Assembly: GCA_963843795.1 (NCBI GenBank)
Contig: CAWJLW010000006.1
Coordinates: 3,236,375-3,300,374, forward strand
Direction of reading: 5' to 3'
From: an uncultured bacterium
GTDB lineage: Bacteria; Armatimonadota; Abditibacteriia; Abditibacteriales; Abditibacteriaceae
Length of the DNA: 64,000 nucleotides
A program made the translations under genes and the position numbers. This document shows, in pieces, positions 50,120 through 60,760 of this stretch (position 1 is its first letter; each line of letters begins with the position of its first letter). The notes beneath the pieces were generated by a model. It was not told where the DNA came from. It searched no databases and worked only from the letters and a program-made list of their open reading frames with translations.

Positions 50120-51646
50120 TTAAACCATTTCTTTCAATTTGAGAGCCGTAACGCGCAAGTTTTCGACGCCGATTTTGGTTTGACCAATGCCATCGGCAGT
50201 TTCACGAGCGCCGGTGCTGAGCGCGTCCATCGCAATGAGAACCTGCTTGACGGCGGTCACTTGTTGCGGCACGCTAAGCAAAGTTTGCTGGGCAGCATCG
50301 CTGGCGTGCTGGCATTCGGCGCGCACGTTGTCGAACGCTTGCACCGTTTCTTCGGCGTAACGAATGCTTTGATCAACCGTCTTGGTACCTTCTTCGGTCG
50401 CCATCACTGTTGAATTAGTGGCTTTCTGAATATTCTCCACCAGAGCATTGATGCGCTCGGCAGATTTTTTCGATTCATCGGCCAGTTTGCGAATCTCGCT
50501 CGCTACGACCGTGAAACCTTTGCCATGTTCGCCGGCCCGCGCGGCTTCGACCGCAGCATTAAGAGCCAGCATATTGGTTTGATTGGCCAGGTCGCTGACG
50601 AGACTGGTAATGTTGCCGATCTGGCTGGTCTGTTCGCTCAAGCCCAAAATTTGCTCGGCGATGATACCGACTTTTTCTTTCAAGCTCATCATGCCATCGC
50701 GCGTTTGTTGCACGGTGAGAATGCCATTTTGCGCCATCTGAGCCGCCTGGCGCGTGGTATCGGCAGCAGTCGTTACGTATTCAGCGGTCTGATTGAATGA
50801 AGCATCGAGTTCGTCCATCGTGGCCGTGGTTTCGTGCACGGCCGAGCTTTGATGCATCGCCGTGCGTTCGTGCTGTTCAATAGTCGTTGCGATTTCCGAA
50901 GAAGTGCTGGAAAGTGCGCCTGTGGTTTCACGCAACGCGTTTGTAATAGAACGGTTGAGAAAAACACCGATGCCGATTACCACCATCGCAATGAGCGTCA
51001 AACCCAGGCCAAGAAGCCACAAATGACGGCGCCGAACAGTCTCGGCGACTTCGCTTTCCACACGCGCGTCGCGCGCATTGGCCATTTTAACCACATCGTC
51101 AATCGCCGCGCGATGCAGGTTGTAATCTCTGTTCAGCGGGCCATTAACAAGAACTTTGGCCGTCGCATAGTCGCCCTTTTGAGCCGCTGGAATCAAGCGC
51201 TCTTGTAACGTGTTCAAGAAGCTAATCGCGGGAGCGTAAGACTTTTCGAGCATGGCGGTGCGCAAAATTTTGGATTCCTCAGTATCACTGGGTAATTCAT
51301 TGGCCCAAAACTCGTGCCGAGTCGCGTATTCGCTTTGCAGTTGCCGACTTTTGCCGATGAGCGTGTTGAGATCGCCACGGTGATAAGGATCGGCGATCTG
51401 ACGGGCGACAAGATACGATTCGATGATATGTTCGGGCGGCGGCAGAACATCGGCAATAAGGTCTTTACCGTCTACAATCTGATTGTAATACGGCCCGCCC
51501 ACTTTAACGGCTTCGTTCGTGAAATGGGACACGGCCCAGAATACGCCAAATGCCACCGTAAAAAGCACCACTAACAGCATCAGTTTTGTTTTGATTTTCA
51601 TTGCTGCCAAACCGCGCATAGTCGTTTCCTTTTGTCCTCTTTTCAA
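50120..51646 (-). CDS. Methyl-accepting chemotaxis protein
   Basis: Two TM helices around a sensor domain ([10 protein letters not shown]); [23 protein letters not shown]. Confidence 0.95.
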   Translation of the reverse strand: MKRGQKETTMRGLAAMKIKTKLMLLVVLFTVAFGVFWAVSHFTNEAVKVGGPYYNQIVDGKDLIADVLPPPEHIIESYLVARQIADPYHRGDLNTLIGKSRQLQSEYATRHEFWANELPSDTEESKILRTAMLEKSYAPAISFLNTLQERLIPAAQKGDYATAKVLVNGPLNRDYNLHRAAIDDVVKMANARDARVESEVAETVRRRHLWLLGLGLTLIAMVVIGIGVFLNRSITNALRETTGALSSTSSEIATTIEQHERTAMHQSSAVHETTATMDELDASFNQTAEYVTTAADTTRQAAQMAQNGILTVQQTRDGMMSLKEKVGIIAEQILGLSEQTSQIGNITSLVSDLANQTNMLALNAAVEAARAGEHGKGFTVVASEIRKLADESKKSAERINALVENIQKATNSTVMATEEGTKTVDQSIRYAEETVQAFDNVRAECQHASDAAQQTLLSVPQQVTAVKQVLIAMDALSTGARETADGIGQTKIGVENLRVTALKLKEMV

Positions 51647-52920
51647 ACAATTTCGTCCACTTCTAAGTGCCCTTCTGCAAAAAGCCGTGCGATATCAAGC
51701 AGCGGCAACAAACGTCCGTCGTGCAATGTGCCGCCACTAAAAAATTTTCCTTTTGTTCCGCTGCTTTGAAGGCTGATGTCCAAAGCCAAACGCTCATCCT
51801 CCCGCAGATAAAGCACATCGCGCACGCCGTCAATCACAATGCCGATGGGTGCGTCCTCGTGTTGCACCACGACAACCGACACCCCCACCTGCGAACCGCC
51901 CTCTGCAAGTACTTGCAGGGAAGCGTTTTGATGCGAAATCGCACTTTCTGGAAAATAGGGATGGGAAGTGCTGGAAACACCCAGTATCGAGCGCACATCC
52001 ACTAAGGTTACAATGTCGCCGCGCAAATTGATTTGCCCCAAAATATGCGCCGGACAACACGGCACGGTCGCAACACTTTTGACGGAAACGAATTCGCGCA
52101 CCGCGCTCAGTTCCACACCGAATTCTTCGCCGCCCAACGCCACCAGAGCCACTGGCGCGCTCGCTTCTTTGCTGCTGGCATTATCTTCGGTTTCAACGCG
52201 CAAACGCTCGGCGCGCTTTTCTAAAATGGCGCGCTCAGCAGAAGTCCAGGCTTGCGCATCGAAACGCGTTTCCGAATCAAAACGCATTGGCGTCTCGAAA
52301 GGCCGGGTCGCAACGTTGGTTGGCGACGTGGCATCCGTAGTGTTATGGGATGCGGGCCAGTTCAGTAAATGCGGCAGGTGCAGCAGCATCACGATTCCAC
52401 TTTCGATTTGCGTCACACCGGCCACAAAGGGTGCTGGCAAATCGCGCTGGCGACTGTGAAGCGGTGGCGCTTCGACTTGCGTGGCCGCAATACGCTGCAC
52501 CACGCTCACTTCATTGACCAGAATCGCCACATCGGCGCCGTCCCAACTCAAAACAATTACGCTGTCATCCAGGCGATAAGGTTCGGGAGCGCGACCAAAA
52601 CGGGCGTTTAAATCCATCACAGGGACAAAATTTCCGCGCAAATTCAACACGCCCACGATAAATGGCGCGGTTTCTTGCAAAAGCGAAAGCATGGGCAGCG
52701 CATGAATTTCGCGCACCATCAGCGCTGGCACGCCAAACCAAGAACGCTCCAGCCGAAAAATCAAAAACGAAGCTTCGACAAATTCTCCCTCCAGGGCTTG
52801 AGAAAACACCGCAGTTGCATCGTGCGCAATCGTATCATGCGCAGTCGCAGCGTGATTGGCCGTTGTCTGTGAAAAATTATCGGACGCGGGTTCGCCCGCA
52901 GCAGCGCCGGAAGTGTCCAT
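51643..52920 (-). CDS. cheW: Tandem double-CheW protein
   Basis: Two CheW domains ([30 protein letters not shown]) joined by a linker with ILEKRAERL. Confidence 0.88.
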   Translation of the reverse strand: MDTSGAAAGEPASDNFSQTTANHAATAHDTIAHDATAVFSQALEGEFVEASFLIFRLERSWFGVPALMVREIHALPMLSLLQETAPFIVGVLNLRGNFVPVMDLNARFGRAPEPYRLDDSVIVLSWDGADVAILVNEVSVVQRIAATQVEAPPLHSRQRDLPAPFVAGVTQIESGIVMLLHLPHLLNWPASHNTTDATSPTNVATRPFETPMRFDSETRFDAQAWTSAERAILEKRAERLRVETEDNASSKEASAPVALVALGGEEFGVELSAVREFVSVKSVATVPCCPAHILGQINLRGDIVTLVDVRSILGVSSTSHPYFPESAISHQNASLQVLAEGGSQVGVSVVVVQHEDAPIGIVIDGVRDVLYLREDERLALDISLQSSGTKGKFFSGGTLHDGRLLPLLDIARLFAEGHLEVDEIV

Positions 52921-53017
52921 AAAATGCCTAAAAAGTGCCGCGCAGTCTAATGCGTAGAAGTTGACGGACGAAATTTAACAACTGGCAAATTCAAAAAATA
53001 TAAATGCTCAAAAATCG

Positions 53018-54592
53018 TTAATGAGCTGCCTCGCTTTGCAATTGGCGCTTAAGTTCGCCCACTGTCAAAGCGCTTTCCAGCGCGTATTCGTCAGTAAGCA
53101 GCAAAGCTTCATCACTCAAAGTGTTCAGCACGTCGTGGGCGGCGCGTTGCATCTGTGAAGCGCGCGTCGCATCGCCTTCGCGCTCGTAAATCGCGCTCAG
53201 TTCCAAATAGCCCATCACCGATTCAGGATTGAGATACGTCACCTTTTTCAGCAGTGTTTTAGCAGTTTCGTTGTCGCCGCGTTCAGCCGCGATGCGAGCC
53301 AGCAGTTGATAAGGCAAGGGCGCGAATGCCGCCACTTCAATCGCGCGCTGACAAAACATTTCAGCTTCTTCCAAACGGCCCCTGTTGGCGTTGACCTGAG
53401 CCAGTAAGCACAGCGCCGCCAAATTGCGCGGTTGAGACTCTAAAAGAAGTTGCAACATCTTCACCGCCTCATTTGGGTTGCCCGCGCGAATCAAAGCTAT
53501 CGCCTGCTTTGTTACCTCCTCTGGAGTAGAAACAAGCGATTCGGGAACCACAGGTCTGGGAACCACAGGTCTGGGAACCACAGGCCGCGAAGTTATCGGT
53601 CGCGTTTCCGTTGTGCTTTTTGACTCGGGCTGCGTTAAGCCAGCGGTAGGTTTTCGGGTTGCAGACCCGACGTGAGGCCGAGTAGCATTCTGCAACGCAC
53701 TTAAATTGGTGGCGCTTGCGCTGCGGCGCGGCGTGTTAGCAGAGTTTTCAGCAGGGCGTTGATAAACTACCGATTGCGGAAAAGCCTGCACCTGAAAATC
53801 GCCAATCGCTGCGCCATGTAATTCGGAATGACCGGTGACGAGATAACCTTCAGGACGCAAAGTGGCGTTGAATTTACGCAGCACTTGGGATATTGCCTCG
53901 CGCGCAAAGTAAATGAAAACATTGCGACAAACAATTAAATCTATCTCGTGCATTTCGGTCGCGCGCGAAGGAAATTCATCGAGCAGTAGATTGCCCAAGG
54001 CGAAAATCACGTTCTGCCGTAGCTGCGGCTTAACTTCCCATTGGTTGCCGCGCGCAACAAAGTAGCGGTTTTGCTTGTCCGCGTCCATCATGCGAAAAGA
54101 CCAATCGCCGTAAATACCAGCGCGTGCTTTCCCCAACGCCTTCGCGCTCAAATCAGTACCTAAAAGCACAACTTTCCAGTCGTCGCGCATCGGCAACAGT
54201 TCATCCAACATCATCGCCAGAGAATAAACTTCTTCGCCTGTAGAACAGCCCGCACTCCAGATGCGCAGGGTGCGGTTCTGGCGATTCCGTGCGATTAAGG
54301 CGGGCAAAATGCGTTCTCGAATCACGTTTAATTGCCCCGCATCGCGAAAAAAATAGGTCTCCTGATTGGTCAATAGAACAAACAAACCGTCCCATTCACT
54401 TTGAGCTTCGGCGCTTTTCGACGCCAAAAAATCGAGATACTGTTCCGGTGCGCCAAAACGTAACGCTTGCGTCCGTTGAGCCAACGTTTTCTGCAACAAA
54501 GGAGCTTCCTGCTCGCGCATACTCAGCCCCGAACGCGCGCGAATTAAGTTTTCAAAGCGCTGCAGCGCCGAACCTTCCATCATGTTTCTCAT
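53018..54592 (-). CDS. cheR: CheR methyltransferase with C-terminal TPRs (WspC-like)
   Basis: ETYFFRD, RIWSAGCSTGEE.YS, DLIVCRNVFIYF and GHSE, followed by TPR helices. Confidence 0.93.
   Translation of the reverse strand: MRNMMEGSALQRFENLIRARSGLSMREQEAPLLQKTLAQRTQALRFGAPEQYLDFLASKSAEAQSEWDGLFVLLTNQETYFFRDAGQLNVIRERILPALIARNRQNRTLRIWSAGCSTGEEVYSLAMMLDELLPMRDDWKVVLLGTDLSAKALGKARAGIYGDWSFRMMDADKQNRYFVARGNQWEVKPQLRQNVIFALGNLLLDEFPSRATEMHEIDLIVCRNVFIYFAREAISQVLRKFNATLRPEGYLVTGHSELHGAAIGDFQVQAFPQSVVYQRPAENSANTPRRSASATNLSALQNATRPHVGSATRKPTAGLTQPESKSTTETRPITSRPVVPRPVVPRPVVPESLVSTPEEVTKQAIALIRAGNPNEAVKMLQLLLESQPRNLAALCLLAQVNANRGRLEEAEMFCQRAIEVAAFAPLPYQLLARIAAERGDNETAKTLLKKVTYLNPESVMGYLELSAIYEREGDATRASQMQRAAHDVLNTLSDEALLLTDEYALESALTVGELKRQLQSEAAH
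53543..53584 (-). repeat. 15-bp tandem repeat (x2.8) encoding RPVVP in the CheR linker
   Basis: gggaaccacaggtct gggaaccacaggtct gggaaccacagg. Confidence 0.9.
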
Positions 54593-54805
54593 TTTGCCAC
54601 ACACGAGTTGATTTTGTGTTCCTTATGAATGCTTAATCCTATAAAACCAAAACCCGCATCAAATCTCACACCGCACAAGCTCGACGCCCCGAATCAATTT
54701 TGTGAGCAACAAGTACTTGCAGCACCCCTTCGCAACTCTCGATATTCATAGCTCTCTGATTTTAAATCATCTCGCTTCCAAATTGAGGATTCACAGGAAA
54801 TTTTT

Positions 54806-57331
54806 ATGCACCAAGTCAAAAACCAAGCTCGCGCGCTTTCGCGCCAAACTCAAATTTTCGGCTTCATTGCTGGCGTCGCTGCGTTGATGAGCGCTGCGGC
54901 GCACGCGCAATCCGCGTCGAATCTGGCAACGAAAGAAGCGCCGATTGCGGTTTTCAGCCAATCGCAATTTCCTTACATTGGCGGTTATGGCGTGCTGCCG
55001 CCGCGCAAAATTGCCGAGCAGTTTCAAAGCAGCGGACTGGCGGCCACGACGTTATCGCTGGAGCAGTTGCAAGAAGCCGGAGTTTTGACGCCCGCGCATT
55101 ATGCGGCGCTGGTGCTACCGTATGGCAATGCGTTTCCGGCTGAAGCGTTTCCGGCTTTGCGCGCTTATCAAAAAGCGGGTGGAATTCTCGTTCTCAATGG
55201 CGTGCCGTTCACGCATCCGATTGTGCGCAAGGCCGACGCGTGGAGCGATTTGGGGCATTCGGGAAAGTATCTCGCGCACAGCGCTGAAGGAATTGGCAGC
55301 GGCAATTTCACCGATCCGTACAATGGCGTTTTGAAAGTGGCGACGCCGGCTTTCGCGCCCAATCCGCTCGGCTTGCGCGCCGAGGATTTGCCGCGCGAAA
55401 AAACCTCGCTGCAAGTACTTGCAGCGTCCAGTTTGCCGCCCGAAGACGAAGTCGTGCCCTTAATCGAAATCATTGACGACCGCACGCAGCAAAGCCACGC
55501 GGTTTCTGCGCTAATTCGTCATCACTGCGCGCAATTCGATGGCGCTTTGACGCTGTGGCTCGGCCCGATTGCCAACGGCACCAGCGGCGACGACGCGTTT
55601 CTGGCGACGCAGCTTTTACTGCGCTCGACGGCGTGGGCGTTGCGCGAAAACAAGCGCATTTCGCCCGCGCAGATGCAAGCGGTTTTTCAAGCGGCGTCCA
55701 AGCTCGCTAAACCCACGCCGCTGCCGTCCGACCTCAAATTTCGCGCGCTACCGCGTCCGTGGGGCGACACGTATTTGCCCAAATCGAAACGGCCCGCGCG
55801 CCGTCTGACGGTCGTGAATTTGAAGAATCTGCCCAAAGAACAAGCGATTGCGCTGACGTGTTTGCAAGCCTTATCGAGCCGTCGTCAGCCGAGCTTATAT
55901 TTGCTGACCGATGAAGCCTCGCAGTTCTTTTTGGATTGGCACGTCGAGCAAAAATATCTCGATGGCTACAATGTCGCTGCCGATTGGAAAGCGCCGTTCG
56001 CCAAATTTAAGCGCGATTACAAAGGTGCGGTTGTCGCCGATGAAAAATTGTATCACGGCCAGTTGCTGGCGTTAAACGTGGCGACGATGGAAGATTTGAT
56101 CGTGCTAACGCCCGAAATGGCGCGCGAATTGAAAATTCCGGTCAAGATTGATTTGCGCGGTCGTTTCAAAACTTACGCGCAGGGTTTGCAGTGGGTCATC
56201 GACAAATACGGCGACCAAATCAGTCGCCATCTCGCGCACTACGCCGCGCCCACGCGCCTCGACTTTCCTTCTTACGCTTATGCGATGCAGTGGCACGGCT
56301 TGCTGCTGTGGCCTTCTGGCCCGGCTGAAATCGAGAAGCCCGGCGTCGATGCCTTGCAGGAAAAAATCGTTGCCGCGCGTGCCTTTGCGCGCATGGCTTC
56401 TGATGGCGTCGTGCTGGGTTTTCCCTACGCGGGAACGGGAATCGGTTTGGGCGAAGGCGATGGCGTCGAACTGACGAGCGCTTACGGTTTGGGCCACATC
56501 GCATCCGATTACGCGGCGAATTTAACCATCTTGAGCGGATTTCCCGCGCCGGATTTGAAGCAACAGAAACAAGCCGCCGGGCCAAAGTTGGAGCGCGACA
56601 AAATTTATATCGCGCTCAACGTGTCCGATGGCGATAACATGAGCGTGTGGAACGGCTGGAAGAATAACTATTTCACGTCACCGCGCGTCGGTGAATTTCC
56701 CATCGCTTTTGGCAGCGCGCCCGCGATGCTCGATACCGAACCCGGCGTGCTGCAATGGTATTACAAAAAAGGCGGCGCGACGACCGAATTTTTCCCCGAC
56801 GTTTCCGGCATCGCCTACACGCAGCCCGATAATTTCGCCAAAGCTTTCGCGCCCGCCGAACGCGACAAAGTATGGCAGCGCTACATCGACTGGACAAAAC
56901 GCTACATGGCGCGCCTCGACATGCACACGCTGCGCACCGTCGGCGGCAGCGATGAAAACCTGATTCGCTACGCCAAGCAGATTCCGCTGCACTCGATTTT
57001 CGGCGATATGGGCCGCTATTCGGGTCGCGAAGGTATCGCCAATCTCACCTACACCTTGCCACCAAGCGCGGTGGGCGGAACGGGCATGCCGGTTTTCCGC
57101 GCCGTCACCAGTTGGCGCTATGGCGCCGACGGATTCTTGCCCGAAGTGCGCACTCAAGTCGGCACGCAACGACCGGCATTCGTTAACGGTTTCGTCCACG
57201 CGTGGACATGGAACAACACGCGCGACATCGCCAAAATTTATGATGCACGCGACAAAGATATGGTTTTCGTCACGCCCACACAATTGGCCGCGCTGTATCG
57301 TGAAGCGGTGGCGCAGGGAATGACGAAGTGA
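54806..57331 (+). CDS. Secreted GxGYxYP-family-like putative glycoside hydrolase with an N-terminal GATase-like domain
   Basis: Signal peptide ending AHA; LQAL..R.QP.LY, E..GVEL.S.YG, SD...NLT.LSG, KIYIAL.VSDGDN, P.MLD..P..LQWYY and SGIAYTQP (variant of SGxGYxYP). Confidence 0.72.
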   Translation: MHQVKNQARALSRQTQIFGFIAGVAALMSAAAHAQSASNLATKEAPIAVFSQSQFPYIGGYGVLPPRKIAEQFQSSGLAATTLSLEQLQEAGVLTPAHYAALVLPYGNAFPAEAFPALRAYQKAGGILVLNGVPFTHPIVRKADAWSDLGHSGKYLAHSAEGIGSGNFTDPYNGVLKVATPAFAPNPLGLRAEDLPREKTSLQVLAASSLPPEDEVVPLIEIIDDRTQQSHAVSALIRHHCAQFDGALTLWLGPIANGTSGDDAFLATQLLLRSTAWALRENKRISPAQMQAVFQAASKLAKPTPLPSDLKFRALPRPWGDTYLPKSKRPARRLTVVNLKNLPKEQAIALTCLQALSSRRQPSLYLLTDEASQFFLDWHVEQKYLDGYNVAADWKAPFAKFKRDYKGAVVADEKLYHGQLLALNVATMEDLIVLTPEMARELKIPVKIDLRGRFKTYAQGLQWVIDKYGDQISRHLAHYAAPTRLDFPSYAYAMQWHGLLLWPSGPAEIEKPGVDALQEKIVAARAFARMASDGVVLGFPYAGTGIGLGEGDGVELTSAYGLGHIASDYAANLTILSGFPAPDLKQQKQAAGPKLERDKIYIALNVSDGDNMSVWNGWKNNYFTSPRVGEFPIAFGSAPAMLDTEPGVLQWYYKKGGATTEFFPDVSGIAYTQPDNFAKAFAPAERDKVWQRYIDWTKRYMARLDMHTLRTVGGSDENLIRYAKQIPLHSIFGDMGRYSGREGIANLTYTLPPSAVGGTGMPVFRAVTSWRYGADGFLPEVRTQVGTQRPAFVNGFVHAWTWNNTRDIAKIYDARDKDMVFVTPTQLAALYREAVAQGMTK

Positions 57332-57360
57332 AAATGTGTGCTGCAAGTACTTGCAGCACG

Positions 57361-57400
57361 CAAAAACGCCCGATCAATAAGAATTGATCGGGCGTTTTTG
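57361..57400. terminator. Bidirectional intrinsic terminator between convergent genes
   Basis: caaaaacgcccgatcaat-aaga-attgatcgggcgtttttg, immediately after a motif copy at 57343. Confidence 0.8.
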
Positions 57401-57418
57401 ATTATTGGATTGCAATTT

Positions 57419-58629
57419 TTATTTGCCCAGCGCTTCGAGCAGCGTGTTTTGTTCACCGCTTTGTCGATAGTGCACGTCGTAGATTTTCCATTTCTTATCT
57501 GCGCCTTGATGGAATTGATACGAAACCATGCGTTGTTGGCCGGAATCTTTGAAAGTAGTTTGCACGACGGCTTCGTTGGCAGGGCCGAATTTTTTGTCGC
57601 CGCCCCAGCCAGTCTCCATGATGAGGAAATTGGAAATTTGCGGGTCTTGCGAACCGTAAAGCGGGTCGAAATCTAACGCGCCCGCTTCGCCTTTGGAACG
57701 CACGGCGTCGCTCCAAATTAAATTCGACAAATCATTGCTGAAATAGGTATTGAGCAACGCGCGATTTTTGGTTTGAAAAACGGGCTGTGACCAGCTTTTT
57801 GCGCCGCATACAAATTTCTCACGATGCGGTCGGGCGCGATGTTTTGGACCGGCGCAGCTTTGGCCTGACTGCTGGCGTAAGTGAAAATCTGGCTATCGGC
57901 GTTTTGCTGGTCGGGCGCGATTCCATACCAGAAACGAAACTGGCCATCGGCCTGCCAATCGGTCCATTTGAACGTGTACATGTATTTGTTGCGCTTCGAG
58001 GCGAGCGGCTTCGGGCCAAAAAATGCGCGCACCGGCTGATTGGCGTTCGTATACAGCGCGACGGTCAAGATGCTTTCTTCGACTTTGCCGAACCAGTTTC
58101 TGCCCGTAAAATCGTAAGCCGCGAACTGTCCGACGCCCGCCAACATGCCCGGCGTCGAGCGATATTTCACTTGAATCGCTTTGCGCTCGTTGGCTTTGAA
58201 AGCCACGCTTTTAATCCACAGCGCCTGATATTGAACGCCCGAAGGCAATTCGCGCCGCGTCAAAACGCGCTTGACTTTTACGGATTTGCCATCGACAGAC
58301 GTGCGAAAATCGCGAAAACCCGCAGTTGTGGGCCGCTCGTCCGGATCGCCGGAGGTGCTGCTGCTTTCGGGAAACGCCATGTTCACATTAACGGCGGGGC
58401 CGCGATTGAGGAAGACGAAATCGACCGTCGTATCGTAATAACGATACGAATTTTTGCCTTCAAAGATGTTGATGCGCACGTGCTCGCTGACCATTTGCAC
58501 GTTGCGATTTTCGCCGCTCATCGGCCGCCAACTGCCGCCAATTCCATCGACCTCGAAATCATTTGCTCGTGCCGTCGAACCCGTTGTCGAAATTAGCATT
58601 GAAGCTGCAAATGTCAGCGTTAAGACCAA
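57419..58629 (-). CDS. Secreted protein, DUF4424-like N-terminus fused to a DUF3828-like C-terminus; frameshift in the homopolymer at 57776-57780
   Basis: AND...GG, VQMVSE.V.I, F.N....V.MAFP and F...VDGK, then IVRNLY...SPFF. Adding one base gives QTKNRALLNTYF...LDFDPLYGSQD...WKIYDV.Y. Confidence 0.65.
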
Positions 58630-58803
58630 ATTGCATCCAAATTTATTTATCTTAATCCCCCTATGTGCGCTGATTTATACCACATTTAAAAGCGCGAAAT
58701 AAGCGCGTTCCCAAACGCCGCGCGCAGAATTAGGCTGCAAGTTACTTGCAGCGCATATTGCAGATGTTCCTTGGCGAACAAGTATGGAATTTGAGATCTT
58801 TTC

Positions 58804-58906
58804 GTAGGGTGCGGGTCTCTGACCCGTCCTTTTCCGAATCCACGAACGTTGATTCGATGCAAGTAATGGACATTAAACAAGGGCGGGGCAGAGACCCGCA
58901 CCTTAC
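58804..58906. repeat. REPIN-like inverted pair of GTAG-type REP units
   Basis: gtagggtgcgggtctctgacccgtcc (+, 58804-58829) and gtaaggtgcgggtctctgccccgccc (-, 58881-58906). Confidence 0.75.
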
Positions 58907-58941
58907 ATTCTCATTGTAAGCCGCAAGTTACTTGCAGATGC

Positions 58942-58979
58942 GAAAAAGCCCGACCAATTTTCACTGGTCGGGCTTTTTC
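58942..58979 (-). terminator. Intrinsic terminator after catalase
   Basis: gaaaaagcccgacca-8 nt-tggtcgggctttttc. Confidence 0.8.
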
Positions 58980-58995
58980 TTTTTGCGGGCGAAAT

Positions 58996-60644
58996 TTACT
59001 TCTTCATTTTTTCGCCGTCGTGCATTACAGCGCCATTCGATGAACCGTTCATCGAAGTTCCGTTGCTAGAACTGCCGTTCATTTCGGTTTTCATCTTTTT
59101 CATTTCCGCAATGCCGTCTCTGACGCGGCGACCGTATTCTTCATCGCATTTAGTGAGCATTGCGATCATGCGGTCTTGAATATCTTGCGTGCAAACGCCA
59201 ATTCCGCTGACCAAGTTGCTAATCAGTTCGTCGCGCTCCCAATCTTCAAAAGCGCGATATTGGTCGCCCGCTTGCGCGAAATCGTCTTGACGCGCCACTT
59301 TTTCGCGCACCAGATTGCCTTCGACATAAGGCGTATGATCTGCGCCCGCTGGCGTCGCTTCTTTCAAGCCGCCCAATGCGGACGGTTCGTAGTTGACGTG
59401 CGGATTGGTGCCTTCGGCCTGATCGACATGAAACGTCATCTGGCCGTCACGCTGATTGGTGTGAGCTTTGGTTTTGGGCGCGTTAATCGGCAGTTGCAAA
59501 TAGTTCGGGCCAACGCGGTAACGCTGCGTGTCGGAATACGAAAGCGTGCGGCCTTGCAGCATTTTGTCGTCCGAAAAGTCCAAGCCATCGACCAGAACAC
59601 CGGTGCCGAAAGAGACTTGCTCGACTTCAGCGAAGTAGTTCACCGGATTGCGATTCAACACCATTTTGCCAATCGGCAAGAACGGAAACTGATCTTCGGG
59701 CCAGATATTAGTGTCATCCAATGGATCGAAAGGCAGTTCAGGATGTTCATCATCGCTCATGATTTGCACGCAAAATTCCCATTCCGGAAAATCGCCGCGT
59801 TCGATGGCTTCGTATAAATCTTGCGTCGCGTGATTGAAGTTTTTCGACCTGAATTTTATCGGCCTGATCTTGAGTCAGGTTGTGCAAACCTTGCTTGGGC
59901 ACCCAATGATATTTGACCAAAACGCCTTCGCCCGCTTCGTTATACCATTTGTAAGTATTGACGCCCGCGCCTTCCATCATGCGATAGTTGGCGGGAATTC
60001 CATAGGGCGAAAACAGAAACGTAATCATGTGCATCGCTTCGGGCGTTTGGCTGATGAAGTCGAAGATGCGGCGCGTGTCCTGACGATTGGTGACCGGATC
60101 GGGCTTGAACGAGTGAATCGACATCCGGAAATTTCATCGCATCGCGGATAAAAAACACGCGCAAGTTGTTGCCGACCAAATCCCAGTTGCCATCTTCGGT
60201 GTAGAATTTGGTCGCGAAACCGCGCGGGTCGCGCAGGGTTTCGGGCGAAGTTCCGCCGTGAATCACCGTCGAAAAGCGCACGAAAACCGGCGTTTGTTTA
60301 CCTTTTTCCTGAAACAGTTTGGCGCGCGTATATTTGGAAATCGGCTCGTCGCCGACCGTTCCGTAAGCCTCGAAATAACCGTGCGCGCCAGCACCGCGCG
60401 CGTGCACGACGCGTTCGGGAATGCGCTCACGGTCGAAATGCGTGATTTTTTCGAAAAATTGATAATTTTCCAGTGTCGCCGGTCCGCGATTACCGACCGT
60501 GCGTGTGCTTTGATTATTGGTAATCGGATGGCCCTGACGAGTGGTCAAAGTCGCGTTGCCATCGGTTTTGGCGTCGTTAATGGTGCCGACGTTGTTGCCC
60601 TCGGCCAATTGCTGCACAAATGTGTCGTTAGTTTCTCTGCTCAT
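58996..60644 (-). CDS. katA: Monofunctional heme catalase, with two apparent frameshifts (~60120, ~59848)
   Basis: [57 protein letters not shown] and DKMLQGR..SY.DTQRYR, spread over three consecutive ORFs. Confidence 0.93.
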
Positions 60645-60760
60645 CTTTTCTCCTGTTTTTCTACTTTTTGCTTTCAGTTGTGGCGGCAGATTTCATGCCG
60701 CAAGAAGCGTTGATTATGTTGCAAGTACTTGCAACATAATTATAGACAACAATTTAACGT

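Noticed and set aside
59030..59085. NGSS repeats at the catalase C-terminus as a separate element
   Set aside because: A short low-complexity tail within the CDS with no further structure.
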